This document shows, in pieces, positions 59,270 through 64,000 of a stretch of DNA of 64,000 nt. The DNA comes from Setoptus koraiensis (lineage: Eukaryota; Animalia; Arthropoda): NCBI GenBank assembly GCA_048013815.1, contig CM106586.1, positions 8,804,001-8,868,000 on the forward strand. Reading direction: 5' to 3'. The notes below the pieces were generated by a model. It saw only the letters and a list, made by a program, of their open reading frames with translations. It searched no databases and was not told where the DNA came from. Positions within the stretch are counted from its first letter, which is position 1; every line of letters starts with the position of its first letter. A program made the position numbers and the translations under genes.

Positions 59270-59990
59270 GAATGCATTTTCGATAGATATAACGTTTGAT
59301 GCCCGCCACCCAGCCTAGCCACCTAATATCGTCCTATCCTGCAGGAGATGCTACAGGGGCAAGGTTTTTGATTGAGCTTATCATGGGGATTGCTAGAGAG
59401 GAACTGGCTTAGGCAAATTGACTTAGAAACTGGTCTTAATCTCAGTATCTCTATTGTGTATATGCATTTGCTTATACGCCATTGAAGCAAAAATCTCTAT
59501 TTGCTGTCTTTGTTAGGCGCAATTACCTGGCGCTTTACCACCCCTTATTGGCTATTATTTGCTGCATATTGGTGGGCAATCTGAAAATTAGGGTTATGTG
59601 CCTGTAGATTATTTAATTGCTATTATTTATTCTCAATTCAATTTGTTTGGCCAATTCCTTATTTCTTGAGTTATATTGCTTGGGTATTAGACGTGTTACA
59701 AAAAGCAGGATTTAGGTTATTACCAAACAAAGTCAAAAGAGGGATAAAGTAAGTGCCGGATTTACTCTTGTAAGTAACTAACTACTAATACCAGTAAGTA
59801 TTTGCCAACTTTTTTACATTTTGGTGGGTATTACATTGCTGGAGTTTCAAATCATAGCGGGTTTGGCATTTAGTTTATTATGCCTATCAGCTAATGGTAA
59901 AGATGGATTTGCCAGTGGCAAGGAAAGTGATGTTTTGTTCTTTTTTTTACATCCCATTAGTGCATGTAGTTTTATTATATTTGATTTTAA
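59270..59990 (+). pseudogene. cyoE: Frameshifted bacterial heme O synthase (protoheme IX farnesyltransferase), 5'-truncated
   Basis: YAFAYTPLKQK (59461), PGALPPLIGY (59526), AGFRLLP (59705), ARKVMFCSF near the end; many 1-nt indels. Confidence 0.85.
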
Positions 59991-60008
59991 TCTTGAAAGA
60001 ATTTATAA

Positions 60009-60616
60009 ATGGTGCCATACATCTGCCACAACTAAGATTTAAATTTTAATGCCAACCCAAAAAGTTTGTCGTTTGGCTATTTGATTGTTTCATCAACCAT
60101 TATGTTTTGGCGGAATGGACAAGTTATTTACATCGTCTTTTCGGCCCTCAAAAGGTAAGGGACATGTGCTTTAGTATTGCAGATGTTTTTACCTATCGCA
60201 CAGCCCCGTTATTATGGCAAGTTGTGTTATGCTTTTACTGAGCCTATAGGGCTATAAGAAACGGAGATAAAACTAAGCAGCAACTATTTTTATGGAGTTG
60301 TGTAACAATGATTTTTTGGGATTGGCTTTTGGCTTTTTACAATTTCAAGGCCTGGACTAGCTTTATACAATAGTGCTGCAGTTTAATTAACAACAACGCT
60401 GCTATTTCAAGATTTAAAATGTATCTGGTTTTCACTTGATACCAATTTTTGCAGGAATTTTGCTTTTATTTTTTAAAATGCATTAGTTGGTTCTTAGACA
60501 ACAGATTTCTGTAGAAGAAATGCCACTTATCGCCAAGTTATTACTGCTATTTTTTGGCCATTTTATAGATATATTATGGATATATCTGTATGTTTTTTTA
60601 CTTTTGAACAGTTTAG
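60009..60616 (+). pseudogene. ctaE: Frameshifted Bacteroidota cytochrome c oxidase subunit III family gene, first copy
   Basis: (N)PKKFVVWLF..SSTIMF(G)GWTSY, AIRNGDKTKQQLFLW, HFIDILWIYLYVFLLLNS (60559). Confidence 0.85.
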
Positions 60617-60653
60617 ATTTTTTTAACAAACTATTTTTATATACTATTACTAA

Positions 60654-61375
60654 ATGGATATCATTTATCTGATATTTAGACCAAGCCTTAAAACTACCCC
60701 ATGGGCCGGTGGCCGTTCACCCATGGTCAGTTGCATATGGTAAAATAATGATATGTGGTTTTTTCTTACTATCGGATGCCTTCACATTCTCGTTCATTAT
60801 TGGATATATTATGGTTGCAAGTTTCTCGAATTCACTTGGCATTCCCAGATTTGTTTCCATTCATACAGGTGTAACCGATACTGGTTGCTCCACTTGTATT
60901 TGTGGGTATATGACCTTATTTTAATAGGAGTTCTGTGAACTATGGTGTTTAGGCGGGTAGAAGCCTGGACATGAAGAGCAAAAAAAGAAGGTTTTGGTGG
61001 ATGGTTGTACTTTTATTGGTGGTCTTTTATGTTCTTAGCTGGCTGTCAAGCCATTGAGTGGATCACATTTTCATCACGAAGGTTTTTGGTGTGGGAACAA
61101 TTCAAGTGCTAAAGAACTAACACATTTCTTCAAATGGTCCTGTTTCATACAGTAGCAGCACAACTATTTGCAATTCTTTTCTTTACAAATTACTGGTTTC
61201 CCCGTTTCGACGTATTTAGTGTGTAGTTATCATATATTCATCATTTTATGTATGACAATTAATGGAACTTTTGAGAAACGCGTGGTCATTATTATGGTAG
61301 AAATAAGTTGTTTATACTGCACTTTGTAGATTTAGTTTGGGTGTTGTATTTACATTCTCTATATTTAGTTTTATT
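60654..61375 (+). pseudogene. ctaE: Frameshifted Bacteroidota cytochrome c oxidase subunit III, second copy
   Basis: TTPWAGGRS(P)WSVAYGKIM(M)WFFLLSDAFTFS and terminal HFVDLVWV (61320). Confidence 0.85.
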
Positions 61376-61397
61376 ATCATTCTTTAATAAAATTATT

Positions 61398-61773
61398 ATG
61401 TCAGACATATCGTAAATTACAACAGAAGATCACGGCCATGACGATATGCAGGAATGTCAAAAGTTTGAATTTGGAAAGTTTTCTTTATTCTATTGTTTAT
61501 TACTGTATCGAATTCATCATCGCAGTATGGATTAAGCCTGCAGGTTTTATTTGTGTAACCATGCAATTTATCGGAATACACTTTACATTGTTATAACCTT
61601 ATTAAAGGCTTTTTACATTGTTGCTATTTTATGCACTTAAAATTCGAGAAGAAAACTTGGATTGCAATTATCATTGTCAGTTTCGTTCATATTTATTATT
61701 TTATTTCATTGTTTTGATGCTATGAAGCGGTGGTTATATTCATGACCATTATGCCTCAAGTGCTATAAACTAA
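61398..61773 (+). pseudogene. ctaF: Frameshifted cytochrome c oxidase subunit IV family gene
   Basis: His/Asp-rich start TTEDHGHDD, IWKVFFIL, LLKAFYIVA, FMHLKFEK; stop overlaps the next start (TAATG at 61771-61775). Confidence 0.8.
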
Positions 61774-62495
61774 TGAAAAACAAACCAAATTAAAAAGATA
61801 TTAATCATGGTAACCATTTTAGCGGTACCGGGATTTTTATATTATTTGCTTCAGGACAAAAAAGGTGGGAATAATTGATATAACCACTCGCTATTTATGG
61901 CGAAAAAGAATAAGGTGGCCAATACTTGCCACAGTGTAAGTGGGAAAAAAAATACCAGAAACGAATTATACCATTAAAAATATCAGACTTTAATTGAATA
62001 ATCAAAAGTCTAGATACGTATCTTGGCAAACTATAAAGACAGATGTTATTTTTGCTAAATCTTTTTTATTCAAATGGCAAAAACTACGGAGTCGTTTTTA
62101 CAAATAAAGCGTGAGTGGTTCAGTAGGTTGTAGAAAGAATAACTGATGCACTTTATAAGTTTAAGCATCGATCCTGCTCAAGATTAATGCGGTAACGATA
62201 GTGATTATGCAAAAAAATTAGATGCTTAAACCTTCAAAAAGGGATTTGTTTGCTGGTGATAGCACTTGGTAATGGGGCTCATTAAAATGGGTTGTTATTA
62301 GTTGCCTTAAATTCAATGAAAATGGGGAGACCTTTTTTTACTTATAATAACATGTTGGTGGATTTAATTTGATACACAACATAAAAAAAGAGGCTATACT
62401 GGCAATTCCTAACCACAGAAGCACTCTCTAACTAGACGATGAAATTAAGTGTTATATCGAAGAGTTGAGAAACATGAGGGTGGTAGATGGTGGAA
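61773..62495 (+). pseudogene. Frameshifted SCO/SenC-family gene
   Basis: KKILIMVTILAVPGFLYYLLQD, YKPLAIYGEK, SIDPAQD, terminal DEIK..EELRNM; position follows the Bacteroidota cox operon order. Confidence 0.7.
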
Positions 62496-62560
62496 GGTTG
62501 AACGGTGAAGGTGAAGGTTGAGGTTTGAAAGAAATTTATCTAAGTAAGTTATAATAAATC

Positions 62561-63123
62561 ATGCAGAAGACAGTTAGAACAAACAATAAAATAAGTGATA
62601 TAATCATATTATCAATCGCCATTCCTGTGGTGTTGGTTAGCTCTTTTTTTTGGTGTTAATTAAATGAAAATTGGGCTATGTGGTCAACCTCTTTCCTTTT
62701 TGCCTCAATTTATGCTACTATAAATGGTGTAACTGCGTTGTTCTAATTATTGCGGTTTTTTATGGCAAATCAAAAACGGGAAAAAAGAAAACTTCATGAA
62801 AATTTAATGAAAGGTTGCTATCTTACTTTCTGTTCTATTCTTAGCATGTATGTCGCCTTATACATGACGTCCGATTCTACAAAATTTGGAGGTGAAGGCG
62901 CAATCACATAATCTATTATTTTATTTTTGATTTTACGCACATCTGCTATCAGTAATTATCATTCCATTCGTTGTGGTAACGTATTGTGAGGGCATTAGGG
63001 GCCCCAAATAAGAACGGGTTTTGACCAAACTAAGAAGATTGCTAAATAAACATTTCCAATGTGGTTATATGTGCGGTTAAGGTTTGTAATCGTTTACTTA
63101 ATGATATCTCCTTTTTATATTAA
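62561..63123 (+). pseudogene. Frameshifted DUF420 membrane protein gene
   Basis: IIILSIAIPVV, IYATINGVTAL, LHENLMK, MTSDSTKFGGEG (62864), FPMWLYV, VYLMISPFY. Confidence 0.85.
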
Positions 63124-63199
63124 CGATTAGATTTTTTGTCGTTTTTGTAAAAACCATTTTATTAGTTTATGCTAGTTATCTATATATTAGGGTTAAATA

Positions 63200-63762
63200 A
63201 ATTTGACGGCACGTGTGGATATTAAAACAGGTAAAGATTTATTTGAACTATTATTGGTAGCCCATGTCAGCTTTTTACGGAATTTCTATAACCAATTTTT
63301 TCAAAGTTGATACTTGCAGCAGACATGCAGTGTTAGGCTATACCCACAGTTTGTTGAGGTGATTGTCAAGATGTGTTATTTTAAAGATTTGGGAAAAGCC
63401 CTGAAAATTTAGAAAAAATACTTTCCCTTAAGTCCTACTTATACCGTTCTGTTATCACATGCCTCTATTAACTATTGTAAATAGACAGAAAAGCATAGTA
63501 TGAGGCATCATAAAAAAATAGCCTTAGATTTTACTGAGAATATTTAATTGAGTTGTGGAAGAGAATGCAATTGATCATACTATTACATCTGAAATTGAAA
63601 AATTGCCTTTGCACAGTGCAAAAAAATATTTAAATTAAATCGTCTCTGGAACATTTAAGTCTTAAAAGATTGTTCAATTTTAGGGATATCTGAAAGAACA
63701 GTAGAAATCATATTGCAAATGCGCTCTAAAAATACTCAGAAAGGCCTTTTAGTAATAAAGTT
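63200..63762 (+). pseudogene. Frameshifted Bacteroidota ECF sigma-70 factor gene
   Basis: DVFLKIWEK, LKSYLYRSVI (63427), ASINY, EIEKLP..CKKIFKLNR, GISERTVE(N)HIANAL (63683). Confidence 0.85.
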
Positions 63763-64000
63763 GTAAAGAAACCTTCTTCGGTGTTATAAATTTGTTCTCT
63801 CTTTATATCTTTTTTAATATTTTTTTAAACAAACTAGGTTTTTTGTGTTTCCGTATTGATCTTAGATTACATAAACAAACCACAATGCTCCAAACCCCTG
63901 AATCCCTGGTATTCCTTACTAGGTATTTGAATGATCCTGTGATTTGGATTGTAAACAACTTGTTGACAAATTACGATCTGAGGTTCTTGCTAATGAAAAA

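Noticed and set aside
59225-59272. MRIIGGVREKRI resembling an RsmD methyltransferase N-terminus
   Set aside because: Only about 6 residues match, the start lies at the poly-T junction, and the following sequence is heme O synthase.
63250-63420. LytTR response-regulator-like YPQF motif
   Set aside because: Frame correction gives DVFLKIWEK leading into LKSYLYRSVI, i.e. region 2 of the ECF sigma factor.

Overview
Compact, intron-poor arthropod genomic DNA. The gene content and short introns fit an acariform mite, and an eriophyoid-like streamlined genome is an inference. About 20 recognisable protein genes lie in 1-56 kb: TAL1/SCL bHLH, RIOK3, a conserved Cys-rich secreted protein, BRAP2, NAGK, DNA polymerase kappa, MRPS18A, GABA-B R1, FANCJ, DUOXA, MADF-BESS, RMDN, SMYD, a secreted multi-I29 protein, V-ATPase A, Aveugle, DCXR, alpha-actinin, and a nested trypsin-like protease. 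Exon junctions were resolved by hand. Four items stand out. (1) From about 59.2 kb to the window end there is an indel-riddled Bacteroidota segment in operon order: cyoE, coxIII, coxIII, coxIV, SCO, DUF420, ECF sigma. It is either a decayed horizontal insertion or, more likely given its indel-dominated damage, an uncorrected contaminant read in the assembly. (2) An intronless 877-aa secreted protein carries four cathepsin-propeptide (I29-like) repeats and no catalytic domain, making it a candidate cysteine-protease inhibitor or effector. (3) Alpha-actinin has a second, mutually exclusive 86-nt CH2 exon missed by the ORF track, with two antisense secreted-protein genes nested between the two exons. 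(4) Decayed local duplicates of SMYD and V-ATPase A lie next to their intact copies. No tRNA, rRNA or CRISPR array was seen. All identifications are from motif recognition without database searches.
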